A DNA stretch of 64,000 nt from assembly GCA_964304625.1 (NCBI GenBank), contig OZ199838.1:10991607-11055606 (forward strand). Direction: 5' to 3'. The stretch is from Kudoa neothunni (lineage: Eukaryota; Animalia; Cnidaria). Below are positions 1 through 16,307 of the stretch, piece after piece. How positions within the stretch are numbered: the stretch's first letter is position 1; each line of letters starts with the position of its first letter. The position numbers and the translations under genes are program-made. Under the pieces are notes generated by a model. That model searched no databases and had not been told where the DNA came from. It saw only the letters and a program-made list of their open reading frames with translations.

Positions 1-766
1 TGATTGACCAAATGAATCTTGCGCTGCAGTTAAATGAAAGGATGCTCTAAAAATATATTTTTTAACTAAGAAGAGAATTAATGTTACCTTGAATCAAGCA
101 GTTTGTAGGTTGCACCCATGAACATTATTTCTGGATAATATTCAAACATCCTTCTCATTTTTTCGTCCATGAAAAAATTCTAATTACCTTATTTTGGGAA
201 GATAGAATTCTTATTCTGTAGTTGTAGTTTTTTGTAGAAAATTTACAACCAAATCAGTATCTTGTAGCTTGTTGGACAAAAATTCCTTAACATTGTGAAG
301 AGACTTCCAAGACACATTTTTTCCAGTTTCTTGATTGATTCTGGATTGCATTAATTTTTTGTTTGCACCCAGTGATATCAATTCGGCAATATATGTGTCC
401 GAAAGATCTATCTTCCGTTGGTTTGGTAAATTTGAATAGAGAGCAGCATCAACTATATGATTATGAACTAAATTGATAGATCTTACTTCTAAGCAATTTT
501 CATCATCACTTGCTCTCAATGTAATGCTGAGTGGACATTTGGTTTTCATCGATGATTTGTTCCTTTCTCCTTTGCCAACACATTTGTAGCTCAAAACAAA
601 CATAACGAATTTCATAATATATTAGTTGAGCGTTAAAAATCTTTCTTGAATCTCGTATTTTTAGATTGCAGAAATTTTCTTTTTCGTATTCTCTTATTTT
701 GGTTTGTAAACTTTCAAACGAATGAAACCTCATCCCAACAAAAAAAGGAGCGCCGTTTGTTTCCAT
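1..766 (-). pseudogene. MULE (Mutator-like) transposase / ZSWIM3-like remnant, running off the window's left edge
   Basis: ORFs 506..766 and 211..615 join across a frameshift into a FAR1/ZSWIM3-type N-terminal domain (F.SFE.L...YE...YVC...CP...HNH). After the stop at 211 the minus strand reads MDEKMRRMFEYYPEIMFMGATYKLLDSR, an intron (47-87), then ASFHLTAAQDSFGQS, matching the MULE 'PE....DATYK.......D..G.S' block. Confidence 0.75.
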
Positions 767-1633
767 TAAGTTGAATTGCGTGTGCGGCCAAACTTATCCC
801 TAAATTTATTCTCTGTATATAAATATTTGCATCCAGTATGTTTTAGGTAAATATTCTAAATTGGCGAGTTATTCATTGTAGTTTAATTAATATATCTGAG
901 AAAACCAATTTAAATAGAAACCCCAAAACTTGAAGCTTTCAAATAGGATAGCATAAAAAGTTATAACAATTGAGACTTTGAAGATAAAACTGTTGCTTAT
1001 ATACTCAATATATAATTAAAACTAGGACTAAACAGAATTTAAGATAGCTTTAATATTTCACATTAAATTTATTAGAAAAATCTTGATATAAATATTTAAC
1101 GATTAATTTTTACAAGAACTCTGTAATATCTACAACTTAGCTCAATTCGACCCATAGTATGCTGAACGCGTTTAAAAATCTCACTTAAACTACAGCGAAC
1201 GCAAAAGGCACGTGGTACGGAGGTTGAATCGTGTAAACTAGTTTTACTACAGTACAAGGCATTTCTAAAAGTTAAAAATATTCAGATGGCTATTAATTCA
1301 ATTTATAAAAACATTATTAAGTGAGTTACAAATGTATACTATCACTGGGCGCTCAAATCCATCACTAATTTTTAATAAAAAGATAACTTTATGAAATTTT
1401 ATTTTCGGGGAAATAAAAAATAGCTTTACACATTAGTGAAATCAGTTTTGTAATATCTTAATTATTCTAGGAGATATTCGTTACCGTAAGAATAGCCACT
1501 GCCTTATTATTTTATCTAATTAGCCCAATTAAAACCTTCTGAAAACAATATAAAATGAGGGAAAAAATTGTTTCAATTAACAACAAATTAAAATCAATAT
1601 ACAATAATGAATTTGGTTAATTATTTCGCTGGA

Positions 1634-2293
1634 CTAACTGTAGAAATTGTCCATGATAAGTTCATTAATCGACCAATCTTCGAACGATCCGTCAGGAAGG
1701 TATCGACGCACAATCATGGGGACAGTTTTTGCTCTAAAATAAATAATAATTTTAACTCGTAGAAATATAAGATACTTCAATTCCTTTGCAGCAATAACCA
1801 ACGGATCGGTTTCCCCTTCCAGACCGACAGTGACAGGAGCATTCATGCTAAAGAATAGAGTTGTCACAACCAATCACTGTTGGTTGGAATCATAAACGTA
1901 CCTGATTTGTAAAGCACGGGCACCAAGAATTCTAGCTCGTTCATATTTAGTCATATAAGGTGTGGTGATTCTATCGGAAATAGCTTTGGTATTTTTGTTG
2001 GTGACAACGCCGTTGAGATCGATCACTTCGATGTGTGGTTCTGGTGGAATGTGATTTTCATCTGAAAAATTTAAAAATAAGTGTATCCCAAATGACTACA
2101 AAAAGAACAATACATTCGTCATTCAGATTCTCCACATCATCAAATTCTATCTAAATTGAGAATAAAAACAAGAATTCAATAGCGACTAGCACTGTTTCAA
2201 TATCTTCTTCCTTTTCGTAATTTCTAAAAGAATCCACATTTATTATATGTCTACATAATGTAAAAATTACTCAAAATCTTGTTCGTACTCCAT
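1634..2293 (-). CDS. POLR2F: DNA-directed RNA polymerases I/II/III subunit RPABC2 (RPB6), multi-exon
   Basis: Spliced translation gives an acidic N-terminus, then [23 protein letters not shown]|[25 protein letters not shown]|[29 protein letters not shown] mini-introns; ATG at 2293. Confidence 0.96.
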
Positions 2294-2669
2294 TAAAATG
2301 CGTTTCACAAGTATCGTAAGCATTCGTCTACTATCGTTTCATGTTATTCTGCCCAAAACTAAACGTATTAACTTTTCAAATCAATTCAGCTAATTCTAAA
2401 AATGATTAATAAAATCACTTGTACATTTATCACCCATTTAAAGTCCAAAAATAATATTTCTTAAATTTCTCTAAAACAATTCTCCGTACAATTTGAAAAA
2501 ATCATCAGTTTCGTTAATTATAGTTTTACATAATTATTATCAAAAATTTATCGTATTTTAAATGTTTTTTATCGATTAGCTAGTCAAAAGTTTTAACGTT
2601 CTCCATATCACGCGCACGCATATATCAAACAGCGAGGCAGCTTTTTGTTGATTGTCACGCTGATCCACC

Positions 2670-3777
2670 ATGCAGCCTGACGATGTACTTAAAATTTTTA
2701 GTTATCAAAGTTAAAAATTTAATTTAGGTAATATGGAAACTTATTGGTGAAGGCTTCTGTTCATATAAAGCTAAAGTTGAAACTACCACACTTTGCCGTC
2801 ATGAAATGAATGCAGTGGGATTATGCAAAGCTGCCTATTGTCCGTTGGCAAACAGTAGATATGCCACCGTCAAAGAGGACAAAGGTAGATTTAATTTTTA
2901 TTGAAATAGAAAGATAATTATAATTGAAATTCATTAATTGAGGGGTGTGTTATTTGTATGTGAAAACGGTTGAACGAACTCAAACCCCTTCCAAACAATG
3001 GGAAGCCATCCAACTATCAACCGACTATATGGAGGCATTGAAACAGATTGATGAGCATTTACAATACTGGCCTGATTACATGATTCATAAGTGCAAACAA
3101 CGTTTGACTCGTTTAGTCCAGGTATTTTCTTAATTAGCGGAATTATCTATTCAATCAATTCATATAACTTATTATCGTAGTATTTGATAAGAAAAAGAAA
3201 ACTAAAGAAAAAATCAATGTAATATCCCTCTTTGATATTGTTCCTACTGATAATTTATGTAGTTCCAAGTTGGTGCATGTTAATAAGAAGGTTGAACGCA
3301 GAGAAAAGGCTAAAGAATATAAAGCTTTGGTAGCAGCTAAAATTGATAAAAATATCGAGCAGGAATTGTTGTCTCGTCTAAAAACTGGAATAGTATTTAT
3401 TCATTGTTTGTTGTTATATATATTTAAACAATACATAGTATGATGATATCTACAACTTGAATTCGAATATTCTGGAGAATATTGCAACATCTGCTGAGGC
3501 AAATTCAAAAAAATCCGCTTCATTAATCAAATCAGAGACTGCAACGTCTAAATCTTCCACACGCAAATCTGTCAACGATGGTGACATTGAATTTGTTCCT
3601 GAGAGTGATCTCGAAAGTGATATCGACATAGAAGATGTAACATTCAATTTTTGGGTGTTACAAGTTTTTTATTACATTTTTTAGTTGGATCATTTACAAC
3701 AACGCCACGTTCAACTCAATGTGGAAAAAGTGCCCAAATCTTCACAGCTTGTCAAAAATACTATAAGAAAAAAATAA
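2670..3777 (+). CDS. MAK16: Protein MAK16 homolog (60S ribosome biogenesis), multi-exon
   Basis: MQPDD|[16 protein letters not shown]...[31 protein letters not shown], then LYVKTVER...[12 protein letters not shown]|YLI, then [35 protein letters not shown], then [17 protein letters not shown]. Confidence 0.95.
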
Positions 3778-3865
3778 TTAAACATTTGAGTGTAGTTTGT
3801 TTAGGTTTTTGTAGATTTTTTTGTGTAATTTATGTTTATACTTTGCGCGCGCATAACACGACATC

Positions 3866-4764
3866 ATGGAGTTTGTGTGTGGTTATAACCAGTCGGATGT
3901 TTCTCAAAAAACAAAAGCTGATTTCAACCCATATTCAATGAATGGGGGGTAATTATAAAAAATATTAGCACGCCTATTACTCAAAATAGATCAGTTATTG
4001 GAATCGCCGGAGAAGATTTCAGTATAATTGCGGCTGATACTAGGATGAGTGAAGGATACATTATTCACACAAGAGATTGTAATAAAATCTATCCTATCAA
4101 TGACAAAATAATGGTTGGATGTTGTGGTTTTCATGGTGATGTGCTAGCTTTTATGAAAAATATCACAGCACGTCTAACTGTATGTGCCGTTTTTGATTTC
4201 TTCTATTGTGTGGTGATTTTTAAATTCCCAATGTAGCAATACGAACTTGAATACAACAAAAAGCTATCGTGTGAAGCAGCAGTGCAAATGTTGTCGGTGA
4301 ATTTGTATTACAGACGATTCTTCCCATTCTACGTCTACAATATTGTCGCTGGCATTGATTCTCAGGGTACAATAGATTTGATTAGTGTGAATGTTTGTGA
4401 TTTATGCGATTGGTGGTGGTAGGTCGTGGAGCAATATACAGCTATGATCCAGTAGGTTCCTATGAGAGAGAGTCATATAGAGCGTGTGGATCGGCAGCCG
4501 CTCTACTACAACCTTTTCTAGATAATATTGTATTTTTTGTAAGTTTTAGAAATGATTTGTTTGATCTTAATTAAGGTTGGAAAGAAAAACCATTCGAACA
4601 AAGATCCCAACCATAAACTCACTTTAGATGATGCCATCCAAATTGTTACCAATGCTTTCAATTCAGCTACCGAAAGAGATATCTACACTGGGGATAATTT
4701 GCGAATCTCCATCATCACTTCTAACGGTGTGGAAACGAGAATTACCAGTCTGAGACATGATTAA
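3866..4764 (+). CDS. PSMB1: 20S proteasome subunit beta type-1 (beta6/PRE7), multi-exon
   Basis: FNPYSMNGG|[70 protein letters not shown]. Confidence 0.96.
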
Positions 4765-5118
4765 TAATAGTTGTTTTGCTGATGTTACTGTTACAATCGA
4801 AACTTTGATTTGTCACAAATATGTTGTTGTTTAGTAATGAATAGGAACAGGTTTTGTGTTCTCTTCTTATTTTATTGAAATCTATTCTATCTGCTATTAT
4901 GAGTGTTAACAATACAAATTAACCCTTGAATGCCTGGATACCTGGATATAGCCAACCAGCGCTTATTATAATAATAACTTTTACAAAATATTTTATTTAT
5001 TTCCCTACGTGTATTTTATAGTATAATGGTGTTTTTAAAAATAATTAAATAATGGAGTTTTACGCTTAAAATAAATAAAAGATACACACACATACATGAG
5101 CATACCCACCATATAAAT

Positions 5119-6012
5119 CAGCGCTTCCCGATTCAGTGTAGGTTCCGCATCCCTTCCCAAAAAGGAGATTTAAAAATTAATTTGTTTTTCGGCGAAGGAA
5201 ATATTTTTAAAAAATTACATTAAAATTAAAAAAGCCATCTAATTCAAGAAAACAAATGCAAATTAAATATATACAACTGATAATAAATTGAATGTTTTGA
5301 CTTTTTCAAGTCTTTCTTGGACATTAATTGGGTAATATCAAGGCTCTTTATCAGTTAAAGATATACATAAATCATAATTTGTGAATGAACTAGATATATT
5401 AATATTTTAATGCAAAATATCAGATAAGAACAATGGGGCTTGCGAAAAATTTTGGATTTTGTAGTTTTTTGTTATAATTGTCAATATAAAAATTAAATAA
5501 AGGAAATAAACTAATTACCCAATATCAAATGTAAAATTTTAGTTTATACAATTTTTGAGTGCAAATAAATCTAATTTTAGGTATGACAATCTAAAATAAT
5601 TCAATAAACAAAATAAAAAATTTAATCTTTATGCTAATTAAAATTTATTTATTACTTGAATTATAGTTTACTTGAAAACAAAAACTAATTTTTTAATAAT
5701 GCAACCCATTTTTAAGCACTTATACGTCGTTTATCATTTTTATTTCATTTACTAATAACTATAAAATAGAAGATTAAAAAAAATGATTCTCAGTAAAATT
5801 CATTAAATGATTATCTGTTTATCCGACTTATTTCAATTTCAATTTCGATTGGCACGAATCGTATATAATATATTTTGGAGAGAGATTCTGATCATTTATA
5901 ATTTTTACATTATGTACAAAGCATGTTTGGACATAAAATGTATTCGTTGACTCAAGGTTTGAGTCTTGGGCCCCTAATAAATACCTTCCGGATCCCCAAT
6001 CGGGAAGCCCTG
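5119..6012. mobile_element. Non-autonomous hAT element (MITE-like)
   Basis: 15-bp terminal inverted repeats CAGCGCTTCCCGATT / AATCGGGAAGCCCTG with 8-bp flanks ATATAAAT / GTATAAAT (1 mismatch). Confidence 0.8.
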
Positions 6013-6700
6013 GTATAAATAATGTTTAGCTAGTTAAAATATATAAAAAAGCTTTTCTACAGTAAAATAAAAACTATAAATATACTTTGAAGAAAGGGAT
6101 TTTGGCTAATGTTTACAAAAGAACGGTAGATAATCTCTTAATCTTCGTGCGGCCGCCGGGATTAAAACGCACGTTATACGATTAATTCGAGAATTTGTTA
6201 TTGACATTTCTTAATAGATTAAGTTATACATATTCCAGTAAAATACATTTAATTATAAGTGTTTATGAAAATTAATAAATTATAAAGTAAGTTTAAAAAA
6301 TGATTTGTGACGTTGGATTAATCCGGATCACCGGAATAAAACCCATTGAGGTGCTTTCGCTATGACAATTTTCATTTTAGTTTTTAAATATAATATAAAC
6401 ATTTTTTTAAATTTTTTGTGTTTTGTTGAAATATTTTACTTAAATCAATGAACAATTTTTTAATCGTTAGTCTGAATATAATGCCTGCGAAAAAACTGAG
6501 ACAATTTCTATATCCAAGAATTAAAAAATATTTTCTTTAAGAAATTTTTTAGCAAAATGACAATGATTTTTAGTTTGTAAAATTTTCCTGAATGTCCTTT
6601 TTTCAGATTTAAGCAGATAAATAGGTTTTATCTCTAAAACCTCAACCAATAAAAGAAAAATTGTCTCAAAGTAATTTTTGTCGTCATCATTATAAGTTAA

Positions 6701-8803
6701 CCTTTACGGGACGAAGAGGGGTCAATTCTGACTCCAATTTTAGTATTGTAATTTTTTTACTGTTAAAGGATTTGTATATTTCTTTCATACTTCACAAATT
6801 ACTAATAAATGAAATAACGCTTAAATTTCATATTTCAACAATTTTTTTATTCTACAATTAATATTGATTTTTGGAGGGCATATTTTTTATATACCTAGAA
6901 AAAGGGTTATTTTAGATTCTATTGTTAAGTTATAGATATACTTTAGTCCATATGCATAGTCACGTGTTTCGGTAGTTTATAAAATGAGCGTTTATGGTGA
7001 CATTAACATCTATTTCTAATTAAATAAAATATTGAAACTTTATATATTAATTTTATTACTTTATAATTAATCGTTAACATCAATTTTATCGTAAGTTTGT
7101 ATCTCTTGACGATTATTATCGACACGGTAAAGAGATTATCGCTGGATTAAAAACTCAAATTTGAATCATTCTTTATTATTTAAGTAAACAATAGTAATAC
7201 ATGGCAGATTTATTTTTTATAATATAGGACCATTTAACGATATCTAACGAATATTCTGATGATTTGTTGAGCGATTGCACCGATAAGGAAGAATTTGACA
7301 TCGATCTCGAATTTGAAGGAACATACATTATCTGATGCATCTTATTGTGACGATACGGTTGAAAAAAGTGCTTCTTTATCTGAATCCGAAATCGAGGAAG
7401 AAAATTCTCTTGAAGAATTTACAAAATTTTGCAATTCGAAGAGTGGTTTTGAATGGAGTTTTGGGGAGAGATCTAGGGGAAAAGAACAAAAGTCACAACA
7501 ATGATTTACACAAAGCGGGACTTATAGGAGATTCGAATAACGTTCAAACTATTCTCGAACAGTCCTCATTATTTTTTTCAGTCATTGTCTTAGAGAAAAT
7601 ATTATATTACACAAACATATTGTTTGTCTAATCCCAAATTAAATGATAAAAGTAACGTAACTATGAAGGAACTAAAAGCCTCCTTTGATGTTTTGATAAC
7701 ATCTGGTCGCTGCAATGGGGTTAGTCTATCATTAAGAATCTTTGGGATTTAAATCCAATCTTCAAACAACGTTTTTACTCCGTGGCAATTTTTAGAGACA
7801 GATTCACCCATACATATATATATATATATATATATATAGTCATTAGTTTTGACGATCGATCAACAAGAACACTAAGAATTCAAGAGAATGGAAATAATTT
7901 CGAGACAAAGCAGGGAATATTTGATGTAGTGAATTCTTTTCAGCAAAATTATTCACCTGGTACTTACATAACGGTTGGTGAGAGAATGATTTAATTTCGT
8001 GAACGATGCCCCTTCTGCGTATATATGGAACAGAGGTCCGATCGGTTCAGAATGACTGTTGGCAACAATTATTCCCCGATTAGTTATGAGTTATAACTCA
8101 TAAAATAATTTTTTATTTTAAATGCTTTTTTAAGCAACAATAATTTAACCGATAATTTATTATTATCCAATAAATTTTTATAATTTTCTATGATGTGAAA
8201 CCTTAATGGATTAATGGTTTACAATGATCATCATTGATTTATTTCATATATCGGCACATTACCCAGTTCATTTTAACGATATTTTCGTATGGTCGGCTTC
8301 ATAATAATATTTATACATTATTTTTATTTTTTCGAACAAGTGTTTTAGTTTGCTTTTAATGAATTAACTAATGAATAAAAAATATCGCGCCAATAACTAC
8401 CCAATATTCATTTACTGGATTCACCGGAAATTATATGGTAAGAGCGCTTTTCGAGTGGTGGGCTCGATCCTCATTTTTTGACAACAAAGGATTCTCTATT
8501 TCTTTGCTCTTTCCCTGTAGTTTTAGAAACGTATTACAATATGTTATGAGCCAATGGACAATGATTTCTTATACTTCGAATCCTGTACATATAGACTTTT
8601 TATTAAAAGGATTCGTTCAATTTTTCTATGAATTTAAAAATAATTCTGACGATTTAATCGATTATTATGAAACTATAAAGCATATTAATTACATAATTGG
8701 GGATTTTTAAAAAACTTTTTGTTAAGAAACAAAAAAATGCTGCGGTCGAAATTGACCCCACTTAGGAACATACGTCTTTTTTTTGAGCCCCGTCCCGTAA
8801 GGG
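6701..8803 (+). mobile_element. Decayed piggyBac element with transposase pseudogene fragments
   Basis: Ends TTAA|CCTTTACGGGACG and CGTCCCGTAAGGG|TTAA. Subterminal inverted repeats GGGGTCAATTCTGAC / GTCGAAATTGACCCC. Internal SFQQNYSPGTYITVGERMI*FRERCPFCVYM resembles piggyBac 'Y.PG..LTVDE....FRGRCPF..Y'. Confidence 0.88.
7813..7838. repeat. (TA)n microsatellite inside the piggyBac transposase remnant
   Basis: Direct run of TA dinucleotides. Confidence 0.9.
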
Positions 8804-10190
8804 TTAAGTGAAATATTCTCAAACAGTAAGTCTGTAAGCATTGTTACAGATAGTAAGTATTATTTGTAAATGAAGATTTAGATTTATCAAATAGAAACCC
8901 ATTTTTATAAAATTAAAATAGTATTATTGAACTCTCAAGAGATAAACCGCCAGTTTCGTCATAAGACAAAAACAACCTGTTTTCGGAAGAGCAATTCCTA
9001 GTAAGCAAGAAAAACATTTCGAAATCTTAGGATGTGAATAAATTATCTTGAGCTAATTTATTATGATTTGATGTTCTCTTGTCCATCTAAAGAGCGCTGA
9101 GCATCCTAGAGGGTCTACATTAACAGTTATTGATATTTCTATAACGAGATAAAAAATTTCCTTTGTGTTATTAATAGCCAAATAAATTGCAGTACGACAA
9201 AAATATAACATTTTAAGGGCTATGGAAACATTACATTATTTATCAATTTAGAAGCTATAGCGTTGCTTGAATCATACGCTCCCCAGTAAATGTACATTAG
9301 TAATTTTGGATATTTCACTTTGCATTATCGATATTACTCAGAATTATGACAAAAATAATTATATTTATAAATTAAAAATTGCTAAAGAAGGATTTAAAAA
9401 TAATTTTTAACCACTGAATTCATTACCATAAAATAAGAAAATTTGTTGTCCTGGATTCCTTTTATAATAGTTTAACTTATTAGCGAAAAATCATTTATTA
9501 GGAAAATGATGTTGAAATTTTTATAAACACGTTGGTTTAGGAGTAATTTCCTCCCGTTGCAATAGCTACTGCCTGATTTAAATATTGTAAAGATAGGAAA
9601 TAAATTAAGTTACACGAGTTTGAATACATCATGTGGAAGCGCGAGCTTCCAGAATAATGTCAGACTTATACAAAAACACACAAAATAATTTGACTTTAAT
9701 CTTATTATTGACAGAAAATGATATAATACAATTTTGATCGTGTTTTAAACTATGATTAAGAAATTATTCATTCAAATATGGAAGACAATCAATAAAATAA
9801 ACAATATAAACATGTAAAAAAAGATATTCTCAATCGTTACCTAATTCTATAATTTAATAGGAAAAATATTAATATTAATAATATGAAGTTAGTTATCTAA
9901 TAGAGATAATAATTGCAGAGAAATTGACTCCCATGGTAACAACATGTGCCGAAGGTGGGGATTACACGGATCCGCGGTAATAGCCAGTGCGTACTTTAAT
10001 AACATCTTTGAAAGGGAAGGGGTTGACGACTAAGTAAATTACCTACGAAAGGGATCAACTAAAAAAATTGTAGACCTCTGATTTAATTTGTTTTAATCTT
10101 ATTATACAATGAACTATTGATTTATTTTTTTATGTGCATTTGATAATCCATCTTCGTCTCAATTCTATTATTCTGATTGTTGGTCATAAA

Positions 10191-11681
10191 ATGAAACTAT
10201 TGTTTTTCAGGATATTTGTTTTGCTATATTTTCAAAATATTTTGCCAGGCAAATAAACATTTTCAACCAGTTTTGATAATCTATTAGATCCTATATTACC
10301 TTCGTATGAAAGAGATGAGGGTGATTGGCCTGTCGATGTACAAAAAAGTATGGACACTGTCATCGATCGATGGTTCATTGACATCCAAGATGCTAAATGC
10401 AAACCTCTCGAATACCGAGGCATCAAAGGAAACTATAACAATTTCGCCTCAAAAGGACTATGTGAACTGCATGGTATTTTTATAAAGTAATGAACATTTT
10501 TGACCATTTCTTGTAGGAACGTTGACAAAAAAAGAAAAACTTCAGGGGTGCAAAAAACCCCAGCATCCAGGGCACTGCGTAAAAAACACAAAAATAAAAC
10601 AACAGTTCTATTTTGATCAAACAACCGCCCAATGTGTAAAGTTTGAATATAATGGATGTGGAGGGAGCTTCAATCGTTACGACAGTATAGAAGAATGCAA
10701 ATTATATTGTTTGAGTACATAAATATGAATATTTCTATAAAATTAAATCATATTTTGTAGATAAAAGGAATGGTGGGCTCACAAATGCTGATGATACGAA
10801 AATAAAAACAGTTGATGACAAAGGAGTTTACGAAGTACCAAATATATTGGACTGCGAGCTCAGACCTGATGTTAAAGACAAAGACCCAAGCACAGCAATT
10901 ATTGCTGACATTAAGAAAAATAAGTGTGCTTTTGCAGCAGTCTCATTGGACTCAAATACAAGAGGGATCTTTGGTTCGTTTGGTGAATGTGTCAAAATAT
11001 GTCTTCGTATATTTATTATTTATAGCAATGTCTTATATATTATAGCTAACCCAAGTACAGCTGTGGAGAATGGTGGTACTGTAACTCAGTATAACAAGAG
11101 AGTAGCTGCATGCGACATTGGTCCATCTCAAGTTGGTATAAGTAACTCAGATAGCCCACAAAGTGACGATGTTGTGTTCCGATACTACTATGACTCTCAA
11201 AATGAAGTGTGTAAGCGCATGGAAACAGGAGTAAATAAACAGGGACCCGACTTCAGTCCATCGAAAAATAATTTTCCCACTATGGAAATGTGCCATAGTT
11301 ATTGTGGAGCAGGTACAGATGTTAATTCCTGTTAAAAATTAAATTATGAAGAATTTTCATAGTTATATTATGCTTAAAAACTATTTTGAATTCGCAATAA
11401 ATTTAGCTAAGTATATAAAGAAAATTGTGGTCGAAGAAACTTGTGTTCAAGAAAAAGCGGGACAATGGATAGCCAACGATATATTTAAAGTCAAAAGATA
11501 TTACTTTAAAAAAGACCAAAATTTATGTCAAGCGTTTTATTACAAGGGATATGATGGGAACTCGAACAATTTTAAATCGAGTGCCGAATGCATAGCGGTC
11601 TGCGATGGTCACTACAAGGAAGAGGAGAAAGCTACCATTAATGAGACTCCAGAAGATGCACAAGCATCATTAACCCTCTAA
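10191..11681 (+). CDS. Secreted multi-domain Kunitz/BPTI protein (about 5 domains, mostly atypical)
   Basis: Hydrophobic leader MKLLFFRIFVLLYFQNILP. Kunitz motifs: RWF...C..LEY.G.KGN.NNF.S...C; FYFD.....C..F.Y.GCGGS.NRY.S.EEC...C; RYYYDS....C...NNF.T.E.C...C; RYYF.....C..F.Y.G.DGNSNNF.S..EC...C. The 3' end is approximate. Confidence 0.88.
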
Positions 11682-11875
11682 CGATTTTGGGTTGTATTAC
11701 GGCCCAAACAATATTTGAAATAGTTATAACTTTTTTTCTTGTTATTAGCACACGCCTAAACTCGAGCTATACCTGTAGAATAATTTGAAATTTCATGTTT
11801 GTAATTTGTGGGGAAAAATGGGCATATGGCAGGATTAAAACTTGTTTGGGATGAAATACCCCAAAATCCTTAGAG

Positions 11876-12410
11876 CAAGGGTTGAGAACTTTTCCGATGA
11901 GAGAGCCACAAAGGCCACGTATTTTTTAAACACTAACTCCATGAGAGTCATACAACATGTTTAAAACTAAAAATAGAAGTATATGTGCGCGTTTTTTATA
12001 ATTCCAACGCTTTAAAATAAAAAAATCATTAAATTCTTTTTAACGGCATTGTTACACTATTACTAATTGATGAAAGATATTTCCCACCATCAGTGCGACT
12101 TATGGTTTTGCATATGACTTTGTAATGTGGCCGATACGCGGTAAGATTAAAATTCATGCAGGCGTTGAGACTTCAACCAGTTAAACATGACTGTAGTTCG
12201 GTCTTCATGTCTTTTAGATGAAGAGAGACTGCTCACATTCATACGTAGAGCCAAACATTGTCAATTATGGCATTAATCACAAGCTGCAGTGTGTGATATA
12301 GTAGGTAACCGATTTTCCGCAGAGAAAGTTTCGCATATTCGCGCAGAAGTTTAACGAAACACTTTTTTAAATTGGAAATTTGTCTGCGAGCAATAGATTC
12401 CCGACCCCTG
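11876..12410 (-). mobile_element. Internally deleted hAT (Buster/Charlie-type) element
   Basis: TIRs CAAGGGTTGAGAA / TTCCCGACCCCTG with 8-bp TSD CCTTAGAG / CTTTAGAG. The minus strand keeps LTMFGSTYECEQS, a hAT C-terminal dimerisation motif. Confidence 0.85.
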
Positions 12411-13114
12411 CTTTAGAGGGTTAAGGGAGAAAAAGTTATATGTTATTCAATTTTACTTTGAGGTCGAATCGACCCCAATATCGTTAGAAGGTTAATGTTT
12501 GTTACTTAAATTACATCCAAAGTGCGATATCAAAACACTTTTACTGTGTACGCGCACGCAAAAAATTGCGTAAAAATGAATACGTCATTAGTTTTTGCAA
12601 ATTTTTCCCCGGCCTGAAGGAACTACATAAAAATGGTTACCTATTGTGACACAGAATACACATAGGAAGTATTATTTATGCAAAATAGTGTCCATTCGAA
12701 CTTTATAACAAAATAAATGCTTCATGAATTATCATATAAAATATTTAATAACTTTCTGCTATATTTTTAATTTAAAAAATATAAATTCCCAAAAAAGGGC
12801 TAGCGGTTTGAACACCCGCAATGACAAGTCAAGATTTGGAAGTTGCATTTGAACGCTGCAATATATCACACATGGATATATAACTGACTAGTGAAGATAC
12901 GACTTAATTTTAGAAAAACTGCTATGGAACTATTACCAAATAGTTATAGGTAAGAACGTAATTTGTTGTATTCAATCAAATAAAATTCAGGAATTAATAG
13001 GATTTAATATAGATACTTATTCTATGATAAATGCGATTTTTTATCAGTAAAAAAATAACAAACAATCTAATGACATAAAAAATAAAATATTGCCTTACTA
13101 ATAAAGAAATATAT

Positions 13115-16307
<3,193 letters not shown>

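Noticed and set aside
9945-10060. GC-richer patch with GTGCC...CCGCGGTAAT resembling the SSU rRNA 515-530 loop or U1 snRNA
   Set aside because: The spacing is wrong and the flanks show no further rRNA or snRNA similarity. It remains unexplained.
12460-12496. Solo piggyBac-like ends (also at 4919 and about 1140) and solo hAT-like ends at 40905-40965
   Set aside because: No matching partner end or TSD could be established, so no element boundaries are reported.
12797-12830. GC-richer stretch checked as a possible tRNA
   Set aside because: No cloverleaf, acceptor stem or proper T-loop.
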